From an uncultured Acidobacteriaceae bacterium (GTDB lineage Bacteria > Acidobacteriota > Terriglobia > Terriglobales > Acidobacteriaceae): DNA of 64,000 bases. This document shows positions 8,972-17,677 of the stretch, one piece after another. Each line of letters opens with the position of its first letter. Position 1 is the first letter of the stretch. Where the stretch lies: positions 164,491 through 228,490 of the forward strand of contig CAINJJ010000034.1 of the NCBI GenBank assembly GCA_903849645.1, read 5' to 3'. A model generated the notes under the pieces. It was not told the origin of the DNA. It ran no database searches and saw nothing but the letters and a program-made list of their open reading frames with translations. The position numbers and the translations under genes were made by a program.

Positions 8972-11185
8972 CTAGTCCTTGTTCTTGTAGTCATATGAGT
9001 AATAGCCGAGATACCCGTAGTATTCCGGAAGGCTCGCATCCACGCCATTGAGCACGAATCCATAGACCTTTACACCCACGTCGCTGAAAACTTCCGCCGC
9101 CCGCGTCAACATCGCGCGGGTACAGATGCCTTGGCGGATCACCAGCACCAGTCCGTCTGAGAGCGACGCCACAATCAGCGGATCGGTAACCGAAAGCGCC
9201 GGCGGAGAATCGAAGATGACATAGTCATATCGCTGACGAAGAATTTCCACAAACTGCTTCATCTGATCGGACGCCAGCAGATCCGCCGGCAGCGGTGGCG
9301 AACTTCCAGAAGGCACCATATCCAGATTCTGCAGCGTATCGTGCGTCTGGATCAGATCCTCAAGTGACTCCTGGCCGGTCAGATATTCCGAAAGGCCCTT
9401 CTTGTTGGTGAGCTTGAAGCGCCACAGGAGGCTTGGACGCCGCATATCCGTGTCAACAATAATGACCTTCTTGCCGCCCTGCGCCAGAGCTGCCGCCAGG
9501 TTAGTGGACATGGTGGACTTGCCCTCTCCGGGCTGACAACTTGTGACTGTGATCACCCTGGATTGCCGCGTTGTGCTCGACAACTGGATCGATGTGCGGA
9601 AGACCCGCATCGCCTCGGCAAAGGCCGACCGGGCATCCCATAGGATCTCTGGACCCGGTGCTGTCTCGACGTCGAAATCCTTGGATTTCTCCTTGGCCTT
9701 CCAATTGGTCTGCGGAACGACGGCAATTGCCGGGAGGCCAAGAAGTTCCTGAATCTGCCTGGAGTCCCGCATCCGCGTGTCCATTCTTTCCAGGAAAAGC
9801 GAAAGCGCCAGCCCTACAAACGCGCCGAAAAAGAATCCCAGCAGGGCCAGATTGCGAAGCGACATACTGGATGGGAGAATTGGAAGGGAAGCCAGATCAA
9901 CGATGCTCACGTCCGCAGAATCCAGGCCTGCATCCACTGCCGCTTCCCGCAGGCGGGCCAGGATGCTCTCGTACATATGCCGGTTGGATTCGTATTCCTG
10001 ACTGAGCAACTCGTACTGCACGATGTCATCGCGCTGGCCGTACAATTCCCGAATGCGGCTTTGAAGCAGCGTCTTGGCCTTGGCCTCGGCAGCCGCGGCA
10101 ATCCCGGCCGCATCCATGGACTGGCGGATGATCCGCTGCTGCTGCTGACCAATCTCCCGATCCAAGGCTTGAATCTGCGCGTTCAGCTGCTTGACTTCTG
10201 GATAATTCGGCCCATAAACAGGCTGCAGCCTTGCGAGTTCCGATGCATGGGCCGCGCGCTGGGCGCGCAGCGTCGAAAGCATGCTCTGCGTTCCCTCATT
10301 GCCTAGCGGCGTCGGGATATCCAGTATCTGGTCAGGAGCCATGGACTCCAATATCCGTGCGCGCGCTTCCACCGTGACGCGCTGCTCCGTTGCGTCCGCT
10401 ACACCCTTCTCAAGATTCGTGATCTCCTGCACCAGCAGGCTGTGCGATGGGTCAAGCGCCGAAATGCCAAGCCTCTTCTGCAGATCCACCATCCGGTCCT
10501 GAGACGCCTGAACAACTGCGCGCAGATCTTCTATCTGCCCGGTCAGCCACTTGGATACCTGCTTCGTATTGCTGTAGTGGCTGTTGAAGTTGCTCTCGAT
10601 ATACTCGCTCTCCAACGCATTCACGATGTTGGCTGATAATTGAGGCGACATGCTCTTATAAGAGATCGAGATCATCTGCGTGCGGGGAATGCGGACGATT
10701 GTCAGATTCGCGCGAAGTATGTCCAGAACTGCGGCGCGCACATGCGGCTCATCCAGGTTCCCGCCCAGCAACTGCACGCTCGTCTTGTGCAGCGTCCCTA
10801 CCGACGTCGTTGTCTGTCCGCCCAGAAACGCTGACGAGTCCTGAAGTTTCAGGGTGTGAGCCACCTTCATTAGAAGCGTCTCACTCGTCAGAATGCGGAT
10901 GTCGCTTTCAATGACCGAATCCAGCGAGCCAATCCCCGAACTTAGCACCGATGAGATCGACTGCTTCAATGCGGCGGCCGACCCCGGCTGAATCTCGATC
11001 TCCCCGGTTGCGGTGTACTCCTTTCCGCCAAGATAGCCGAGCAATACCGCCAGAAATGCTCCTCCAAGAGACAGGGTCAGGAGTAGAATCCGCCGCTTGC
11101 GAACAACAAGCCAAAGATCTGTTAGCGCGAGTTCCTGCTTGGAAGGAGCCAGGGAGACTTCATCGGTGCTCGGTGATTGTTGCAA
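8972..11185 (-). CDS. Polysaccharide co-polymerase / tyrosine autokinase, Wzc-like (PCP-2a)
   Basis: TM segment, long coiled-coil region, second TM segment, then a P-loop domain with Walker A SCQPGEGKST. The C-terminal tail is Tyr-rich (EYYGYLGYYSYDYKNKD), typical of BY-kinases. Confidence 0.9.
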   Translation of the reverse strand: MQQSPSTDEVSLAPSKQELALTDLWLVVRKRRILLLTLSLGGAFLAVLLGYLGGKEYTATGEIEIQPGSAAALKQSISSVLSSGIGSLDSVIESDIRILTSETLLMKVAHTLKLQDSSAFLGGQTTTSVGTLHKTSVQLLGGNLDEPHVRAAVLDILRANLTIVRIPRTQMISISYKSMSPQLSANIVNALESEYIESNFNSHYSNTKQVSKWLTGQIEDLRAVVQASQDRMVDLQKRLGISALDPSHSLLVQEITNLEKGVADATEQRVTVEARARILESMAPDQILDIPTPLGNEGTQSMLSTLRAQRAAHASELARLQPVYGPNYPEVKQLNAQIQALDREIGQQQQRIIRQSMDAAGIAAAAEAKAKTLLQSRIRELYGQRDDIVQYELLSQEYESNRHMYESILARLREAAVDAGLDSADVSIVDLASLPILPSSMSLRNLALLGFFFGAFVGLALSLFLERMDTRMRDSRQIQELLGLPAIAVVPQTNWKAKEKSKDFDVETAPGPEILWDARSAFAEAMRVFRTSIQLSSTTRQSRVITVTSCQPGEGKSTMSTNLAAALAQGGKKVIIVDTDMRRPSLLWRFKLTNKKGLSEYLTGQESLEDLIQTHDTLQNLDMVPSGSSPPLPADLLASDQMKQFVEILRQRYDYVIFDSPPALSVTDPLIVASLSDGLVLVIRQGICTRAMLTRAAEVFSDVGVKVYGFVLNGVDASLPEYYGYLGYYSYDYKNKD

Positions 11186-11591
11186 TCGAACCTCTCAATG
11201 GTAGTAAATCGGCAGATGAATGAACTGGAACAGGCAGCCGGAGAAAGTTGCTCACTCCAGGTCACGCCACCGCGGCCCGCGGACCGATTTGCACTTCATT
11301 CCCTCTTGAGCAATGCCCAACCCCGAAACATATCCAATAGCCCCGGACCCGCAAACGCCCTGCTCTGCCCCATCCGGAATGTCTGAAAAGGCAGACTCCC
11401 GTGGCTGCGGAGGGACGTTCGCCAACCTCTTTGAAATCGACAACGTCTTATTCATGATACTACCCGGGGGGGAGGCGGTGACCCCCCTCTCCCGACTCTG
11501 GGTTTCCGCTCCCAAGGCCTTGCTGGCCCCCGGCAATGTGCTCCGCCCTGCTCAGCCCAGCCCCGGGGTGAATCTGCCTCAGGGACCGGGC

Positions 11592-13139
11592 TCAACAGAG
11601 ATCAAAGGGGGCTGAAACGCTACCGGGTTCAACCTCCAGGCCTCCATTGGAGGCCGAACCTGCGCCCGCGCCTTTCTCAATCAGTCTCGTAGTCGAAAGG
11701 CCTTCCACCGTCGGCACCAGCTTCACCTGTCCTCCCCAGGCTTGAACCTCACTTGCGCCCACGACCGTCTCCACCCTGTAGTCGCCACCTTTTACCAGCA
11801 CGTCCGGACGCGTCGCCACGATCAGCTCCAGCGGTGTGGCCTCGTCAAAAACCACCACCGCGTCCACGGCAGCGAGCGCCGCCAGCACCCGCGCCCGTTC
11901 CGGCTCCCCCACAATTGGCCTGCTCGGCCCTTTGAGCCTTTTTACGGAATCGTCGCTATTGATGGCCACAATCAGCCGGTCGCCAAACTGGCGCGCCTGT
12001 TCAAGAACCGTGATGTGCCCCACATGAAGCAGGTCAAAGCAGCCATTCGTGAACACTACCCTGTCGCCGTTGGCCCTCCACAATGCGACCCGGCCCATCA
12101 ACTCCCTGCGGGTCAATACCTTGTCTTCGGTGTGCAGCGCCATTTCGGGCGCCAGCGCGGCAAGCAGTTCAAACTTCTCCACCGGCACCGTGCCCACCTT
12201 GCCCACCACCACGCCAGCAGCCACATTGGCTACCTGCACACAGGTTTCCGGCCTCAGCCCCGATGCAAGGCAAAGCGCGAGGACGGCAATCACCGTGTCG
12301 CCAGCGCCCGAAACATCGAAGACCTGCCGCGCCACCGCCGGCGCCAGAAATCGCCCTCCGGGTCGCACCAGCGCAATGCCCTTTTCACTCATCGTCGCGA
12401 TCAGATACTCGACTTCCAGTTCCGGCATCAAATCTTCCGCCGCATCCAGCAGCGCCTTCAGGTCGCCTGCGTCCAATCCGGGCATGACCAGGCGAACGGC
12501 CGCAGCCAGCTCGCCAAGATTGGGGCAAATCGTCGTCGCCCCGCGGTAACGGGAAAAATCGGCGCTCTTGGGGTCCACCAGCACGGGAATCTTCAGCCGC
12601 CGCGCAGCCTCAATCACCTGCCGGCACACCGCCGGCGTCAGCACGCCTTTGGCGTAGTCCGACAGCACCACGGCATCGCATTCCGGCAGGCGCGCCAGCA
12701 CCGTCTCAATCAGGCGGTCATAGTCGCCCATATCCCGGCTTCCCAGCCGCTCCTCGTCCAGGCGCAGCATCTGCTGGCGCCCACCCAGGATCCGCATCTT
12801 GGTAATCGTGGGAAAACCGTCCGAGACGATCAAGAGCGGATCAATGCCGTTGGCCGACAGGATCGAACGCAGTTGACGTCCGCTCCCGTCTCCGCCACAA
12901 AAGCCGGCCACCATCGTCCGCGCCCCCAGACGAGCCAGGTTCATGGCCACGTTCGCCGCTCCGCCGGGCTGTTCGCTTCGGTGGGTGGTACGGACCACCG
13001 GCACCGGCGCCTCCGGCGAGATGCGGGACACCTCGCCCCAGATATATTGATCGAGCATCACATCGCCCACGATCAGCAGGCGCTTTTGCCCCCATGCGTG
13101 CTCGATCTCCTGAATCACCGCGTGGAACTGGTCGATCAC
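11592..13139 (-). CDS. hldE: Bifunctional D-beta-D-heptose 7-phosphate kinase / D-beta-D-heptose 1-phosphate adenylyltransferase
   Basis: 515 aa. N-terminal ribokinase-like domain (VFDVSGAGDTVIAVLA). C-terminal cytidylyltransferase domain (VFTNGCFDLLHVGHI). ATGA overlap with the gmhA stop. Confidence 0.9.
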   Translation of the reverse strand: MIDQFHAVIQEIEHAWGQKRLLIVGDVMLDQYIWGEVSRISPEAPVPVVRTTHRSEQPGGAANVAMNLARLGARTMVAGFCGGDGSGRQLRSILSANGIDPLLIVSDGFPTITKMRILGGRQQMLRLDEERLGSRDMGDYDRLIETVLARLPECDAVVLSDYAKGVLTPAVCRQVIEAARRLKIPVLVDPKSADFSRYRGATTICPNLGELAAAVRLVMPGLDAGDLKALLDAAEDLMPELEVEYLIATMSEKGIALVRPGGRFLAPAVARQVFDVSGAGDTVIAVLALCLASGLRPETCVQVANVAAGVVVGKVGTVPVEKFELLAALAPEMALHTEDKVLTRRELMGRVALWRANGDRVVFTNGCFDLLHVGHITVLEQARQFGDRLIVAINSDDSVKRLKGPSRPIVGEPERARVLAALAAVDAVVVFDEATPLELIVATRPDVLVKGGDYRVETVVGASEVQAWGGQVKLVPTVEGLSTTRLIEKGAGAGSASNGGLEVEPGSVSAPFDLC

Positions 13140-13741
13140 AACGCCTCCCCGGCTTGACCCGCAACCCAGTCCAGTTCAATCCAGTCGCACAGCATGTGGC
13201 CGACCAGAATGTGGGCCTCCTGAATGCGGGCCGTCTCCCGCGAGCCAATCGCCAGCAGGTGATCGGCCAGGGCGCCAAGCTTGCCGCCGCCTGCGCCGGT
13301 GAACGCCACCGTCACCAGTCCCTGCGAACGCGCTGCCTCCAGCGCTGCCAGCACGTTGGCGCTGTTGCCGCTCGTCGAGATGCCCACCAGCAGATCGCCC
13401 GGCGCGCCCAGCGCCTCCACCTGCCGCGAAAACACCGCTTCATAGCCGTAGTCATTGGCCACTGAAGTGAGTATCGAGGTGTCGGTGGTCAGCGCCATCG
13501 ACGCCAGGCCCCGCCGCTCGCGGCGAAACCTTCCCACGATCTCGGCCGCCAGGTGCTGCGAGTCCCCGGCGCTGCCCCCGTTGCCGCACCACAGAATCTT
13601 GCCCCCCCCGCGCAGCGTTGCCGTCATCGCCCTGGCAATCGCCTCGAGCTCGGTCTGCTGACCCGCCAGCGCACCCACCACTTGCAGGTGCTCGGCGATC
13701 GAATCGCGGAAGATGCCGGATGCATCAGGACCTCTGGACAT
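13136..13741 (-). CDS. gmhA: Phosphoheptose isomerase (SIS domain)
   Basis: Motifs ILWCGNGGSAGDSQHLAAE and ISTSGNSANV. I prefer ATG 13741, which has AGGAGAG upstream, over the track start 13768. Confidence 0.88.
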   Translation of the reverse strand: MSRGPDASGIFRDSIAEHLQVVGALAGQQTELEAIARAMTATLRGGGKILWCGNGGSAGDSQHLAAEIVGRFRRERRGLASMALTTDTSILTSVANDYGYEAVFSRQVEALGAPGDLLVGISTSGNSANVLAALEAARSQGLVTVAFTGAGGGKLGALADHLLAIGSRETARIQEAHILVGHMLCDWIELDWVAGQAGEAL

Positions 13742-13767
13742 CGCTCTCTCCTCTTGCCTGCCTGCCA

Positions 13768-14766
13768 CTAGGCTTCAATCTCGCGCAGCGTGGCATAGGT
13801 CTCCACAATGCCTTCTTCGAGCGAGGTCATCTTCAGGTCGCATCCCAGTTGGCGCAAGCTTGTCAGGTCGGCTTCGGTAAAGTGCTGATAGCGCCCTTCC
13901 AGATCGGAGGGAAAAGGCGTGTACTCGATGGGCATCTCGCCATGCACTGCCATCAGAGCCCGCGCTACGTCGTTGAAAGTGCGGCTCACGCCCGACCCTG
14001 CGTTTGCCACCCCCTGATACACCTTGCCGGTTGCTCCGGCCTGAGGCGCATAGGGGCCAATCTGGGCAAAGAACATATTCAAGCGCGCCAGATCCCGGAC
14101 ATATACAAAATCCCTGCGCTGTTCGCCGTCGCCATACCCCCCGCTCCCGGCAAACAGGCGCACCTTGCCCGTCTCCTTCATCTGCTTGGTAAAGTGGTGA
14201 ATCACCGACGCCATCCGCCCCTTGTGCTGCTCGCGCGGCCCGTAAACGTTGAAATAGCGCAGCGCCGTGACAGAGATAGGCACCCGTCCCAATTCGAACT
14301 GGTGGCGGAGATAATGGTCAAACACCAGCTTGGAATAGCCGTATATATTCAGCGGCCGCTCGTTTTCGATGGTCGGCGTAAAGTGCCCCGGTCCTGAAAG
14401 GCCATAGACAGCCGCCGTCGACGCCACCACCAGCGGTGCCCCTTGCGCAATGGCAAACGCCAGAACTTCTTTCGTGCATTGGAAGTTGTTGTCCATCATG
14501 TAGACGCCGTCGTCTTCCAGCGTGTTCGAGCAGGCGCCCTGGTGCAGAATCGCCTCGATGCGCCCGGCGCCGAGCGCGTTCTCGCCAATGGCCCGCCGGA
14601 ACTCCCGCTTGTCCATGAAGTCCACATAGCGCGCGCCATGCAGATTGCGGAACTTGCGCGCGTTGGCGAGGTTGTCCACCACCAGAATGTCAGTCAGACC
14701 CTGCGCATTCAACTCATGCACCAGGTTGCTGCCGATAAAGCCTGCTCCTCCGGTTACGATCAGCAT
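13768..14766 (-). CDS. hldD: ADP-L-glycero-D-manno-heptose 6-epimerase
   Basis: Starts MLIVTGGAGFIGSNLV (Rossmann fold). SDR catalytic YGYSK motif. 332 aa. Lies in the gmhA/hldE context. Confidence 0.9.
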   Translation of the reverse strand: MLIVTGGAGFIGSNLVHELNAQGLTDILVVDNLANARKFRNLHGARYVDFMDKREFRRAIGENALGAGRIEAILHQGACSNTLEDDGVYMMDNNFQCTKEVLAFAIAQGAPLVVASTAAVYGLSGPGHFTPTIENERPLNIYGYSKLVFDHYLRHQFELGRVPISVTALRYFNVYGPREQHKGRMASVIHHFTKQMKETGKVRLFAGSGGYGDGEQRRDFVYVRDLARLNMFFAQIGPYAPQAGATGKVYQGVANAGSGVSRTFNDVARALMAVHGEMPIEYTPFPSDLEGRYQHFTEADLTSLRQLGCDLKMTSLEEGIVETYATLREIEA

Positions 14767-14839
14767 GACAAAAAGATCTCCACTTTCCTGCGGCCGGAGT
14801 TTTCGGAGTCATCTTCTGCGCAAGGCGAGTGCGCCGTTC

Positions 14840-15907
14840 TCAGCCTGCGCGCCCGCCCAGAACCCGGTCCACGGCGGCTGCCATCTCTTCCACCGTGATC
14901 GACGTCAGGCACCGGCGCTTTTCCACGGTGCAGGTCACCAGTTCGCAGCCAAAGCACTCGGTCTGATGATAAATGATCTGATGCTGGCCAGGCGGAAACC
15001 ACACCCCTGGCAACCCCCGCGCCGAGAACGCAATCACGCAGGGAACCCCCACGCTCGCGGCCAGATGCATCGGTCCAGAATCCGGCCCCAGAAACACCGC
15101 CGCGCGCTCGATCACCGCCGCTGTCTCCCTGGGACTCAATCGGCCGCAAAGGTTGACCAGGGGACCCTTCCAGGCCCTTCCCGCAAAATCGGCTGCCGCG
15201 CCATCATCCCCAGCACCCACCATCACCAGGCCATACGCGGGGTACGCGCCCCCCAGCCGTTCCAGGAGCGCGCGCCAGTTCTCCTGCCCCCAGTCCTTGG
15301 CCTGCATCTTCGTGCCAGGTCCACAGACAATCAGAGGGTGGTTGCCCAATTCCCCCAGCTCCGCCAGCGCCAGCGCCCGCTCGCCCGCCGTCAGGTTCAG
15401 GCTCCAATTCAGCGGGTCCTCGATTGCGGCGTCCCCCAGGGGGCGCAGTAGTCGCGCCAGCCGACCGGCTTCCGACTCATACAGCCCGGTTGTCTTGTCG
15501 AAAGGGTGCGTCAGCTCGTCCTCTCCTGGGAATCCCACCATCCGACGCACCCCGGCGAGCCGGAAGAAGAGGCGGTCGCGCTGCACCTTCTTCAGCGGCC
15601 GCACCGGCATCAGGTACACCACCACATCCGGACGAAGGCTGCGAATCTCCCACGCCAGCCGCAGCAACTCAAAGGGATTGCGCGTTCCCGCCCGATAGCG
15701 CACATAGCCGTCCACCAGGCCCGACTCGCCCAGCACCGCCGCCGCCGCCGGAGCCTTTGCATGGACCGGGAAATTGGTGAGCAGTAGCCGCTCGGCCTGC
15801 GGAAACACGCGCGCAATCAAATGAAAGCACGGCAACGCCACCACCGTGTCCCCCAGACTGCCCAGCCGGTATATCAGTACCCTTCGCTCCGCCAATCCCA
15901 ACTCCAT
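14840..15907 (-). CDS. Glycosyltransferase family 9 (heptosyltransferase-like)
   Basis: N-terminus RVLIYRLGSLGDTVVALP and C-terminal GPDSGPMHLAA, both typical of the GT9 RfaF/RfaC family. Its start directly abuts the stop of the upstream UbiA-fusion gene. Confidence 0.8.
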   Translation of the reverse strand: MELGLAERRVLIYRLGSLGDTVVALPCFHLIARVFPQAERLLLTNFPVHAKAPAAAAVLGESGLVDGYVRYRAGTRNPFELLRLAWEIRSLRPDVVVYLMPVRPLKKVQRDRLFFRLAGVRRMVGFPGEDELTHPFDKTTGLYESEAGRLARLLRPLGDAAIEDPLNWSLNLTAGERALALAELGELGNHPLIVCGPGTKMQAKDWGQENWRALLERLGGAYPAYGLVMVGAGDDGAAADFAGRAWKGPLVNLCGRLSPRETAAVIERAAVFLGPDSGPMHLAASVGVPCVIAFSARGLPGVWFPPGQHQIIYHQTECFGCELVTCTVEKRRCLTSITVEEMAAAVDRVLGGRAG

Positions 15908-17371
15908 CTACCAGCTCAAACTAGCCAGCAGCGCAAGCACAGCAACCGTCGCGCCAATCATAAGGCTCATCCGGTCAGTGAGAGCAAAAATTACAGGGTC
16001 TTCATTGAGTTCCCCTCGTGAAGCCAGAAGCCACACCCGGAACAACCATAAGAGCATGAGCGGCACAATCAGCCACAAAAACCTCGGCTCACGATAGAGC
16101 GCGACCACGTCCCGCCCGCTGATGTAGTTCGCAAACACCACCACCGAGGCCGCCGCACACGCGGTGCCAAAGCTCCTCATTTGCTCGATGTCCGCCACGA
16201 GGTAGCCCCGCCCATTGCGCGGCGAACCACCGCTGGCCCGCATGTTTTCCAGCTCCGCAAATCGCTTGACGATCGCCAGCGATAGGAAGAGAAAGATCGA
16301 AAACCCCGCCAGCCAATGCGAGATGGGGGTACCGGTGGCCGCGCCGCCGGCCTGCAATCGCAGCGTATACAGTCCCGATAAAACCAGCACATCCACCAGC
16401 GCCAGCCGCTTCAGATACGTCGAGTAGGCCAGCGTGCTCACCAGATATACAACCAACCAACCATAAAATGCTATCGGAAGCAGGCGAGCCCCCGCCAGTG
16501 CAAGCAGCAGAAACACCGCCACAATCCCCATGCCCTCGAATGCCGACAAATCTCCCGAAGCAAACGGGCGCATCCGCTTGCGGGCATGGCGCCGGTCCGC
16601 CTCGATGTCCAGCAGGTCGTTCACCACGTAGGTGGCCGAGGCCGCCAGGCTGAAACAAACAAAGGCGACCGCTGCAGTGAGCAGATTGGCCAGACGGAGA
16701 CGGTGCGCCAGCAGCATCGGCACAAAGATCAACAGGTTCTTGGCCCACTGATGAATCCTCAGGGCCTTCAGCAACGACCTGAACAGGTTGCGGCGCTCCT
16801 GAAACTCGCGCGTCGACACAATTCCCCGGCGGCGCATCCCATTGCGCAGGCCCCGGCTTGGATTCGCCACCATCGCCTGCCTGGCATGCGCCAATAGAGG
16901 CAGATCCGGCGTGTCGTTCCCGATATAGTCGAACCCTGCGGCGCCCACCAAGCCCTGGAGACGCTCCAGCTTGCTGGCCCCCGTCAGGTTGGTTGCCCCG
17001 TCCGAACCCAGCACCTCTGCAAAGATTCCCAGATGCTCGGCCACCCGGCGGGCAACCTTCACGTCGGCCCCTGTCGCCAGGTAAATCTCCCGCCCGTTGG
17101 CCCGCTCCGACTGCAGATAGTGAAGCAACTTGCGGTTGTAAGGAAGATGCGTGACATCCAGCGCAATGGCGTTCGAAACATACGCTTTCAACGCCGCCTT
17201 GCCTTTCAACAGCCGCCCCGGCAGGCTCAGTGCTCGCAAGGGGTGTGTGCGCACTAAAGCCAGCAGCGAATCGACCAGCGTGTCCGACTTGACGAGCGTC
17301 CCATCCAGATCGACGCACAGAGGCGGATGCGCCAAACCGAGGGAGGGCTCTTGGTGGACGGATGTCGTCAA
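15908..17371 (-). CDS. HAD-IB phosphatase domain fused to a UbiA-family prenyltransferase (DPPR-synthase-like)
   Basis: HAD motif I is CVDLDGTLVKSD, and GNDTPDLPLL occurs later. The UbiA part has YVVNDLLDIEADRRHARKRMRPFASG and about 8 TM segments. I start at TTG 17371, which has GAGG 7 nt upstream. The track start 17590 adds an R/S/G-rich leader that looks non-coding. Confidence 0.75.
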   Translation of the reverse strand: MTTSVHQEPSLGLAHPPLCVDLDGTLVKSDTLVDSLLALVRTHPLRALSLPGRLLKGKAALKAYVSNAIALDVTHLPYNRKLLHYLQSERANGREIYLATGADVKVARRVAEHLGIFAEVLGSDGATNLTGASKLERLQGLVGAAGFDYIGNDTPDLPLLAHARQAMVANPSRGLRNGMRRRGIVSTREFQERRNLFRSLLKALRIHQWAKNLLIFVPMLLAHRLRLANLLTAAVAFVCFSLAASATYVVNDLLDIEADRRHARKRMRPFASGDLSAFEGMGIVAVFLLLALAGARLLPIAFYGWLVVYLVSTLAYSTYLKRLALVDVLVLSGLYTLRLQAGGAATGTPISHWLAGFSIFLFLSLAIVKRFAELENMRASGGSPRNGRGYLVADIEQMRSFGTACAAASVVVFANYISGRDVVALYREPRFLWLIVPLMLLWLFRVWLLASRGELNEDPVIFALTDRMSLMIGATVAVLALLASLSW

Positions 17372-17677
17372 TCGTGCACCTCGTGATGGGCAGTTGGCGG
17401 CTGAAGCGGCGAGCCGTTGCGAAGCGGCCTGAGCAAAGGCACTCCCAAGGGGACGGATCCGGGAGCATGCAGTGCACCCCCGAAGCAGTTCAAGTATACA
17501 GTTGGCTCTCTTCGCCGGACCCGAAGACGAGCGGCTCCGCGGCGGCGGCCCGTTCCGGAATTCTCCGCGGCCGCCTGTATAAAATTGCACCCAAGCCGGT
17601 CTCTCACGCCAACTTTCTCGATTTCATGCCCCCGAAGGAAATCAAGAATTCATCTCCTCGATGCATACTGATACGAA

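Noticed and set aside
11742-13157. 471-aa plus-strand ORF antisense to hldE. Similar cases are 43986..45509 (antisense to dnaG), 37449..39080 (antisense to the S9 peptidase), 19073..20194, 842..1549, 26059..26958 and 30967..32394
   Set aside because: All are R/H/Q/P- or G/A/V-rich mirror frames of well-supported genes. None has start-site signals or motifs.
16089-17477. 462-aa alternative minus-strand frame inside the HAD-UbiA gene
   Set aside because: This overlapping frame has a G/R/A-rich translation. The other frame carries the HAD and UbiA motifs and TM helices.
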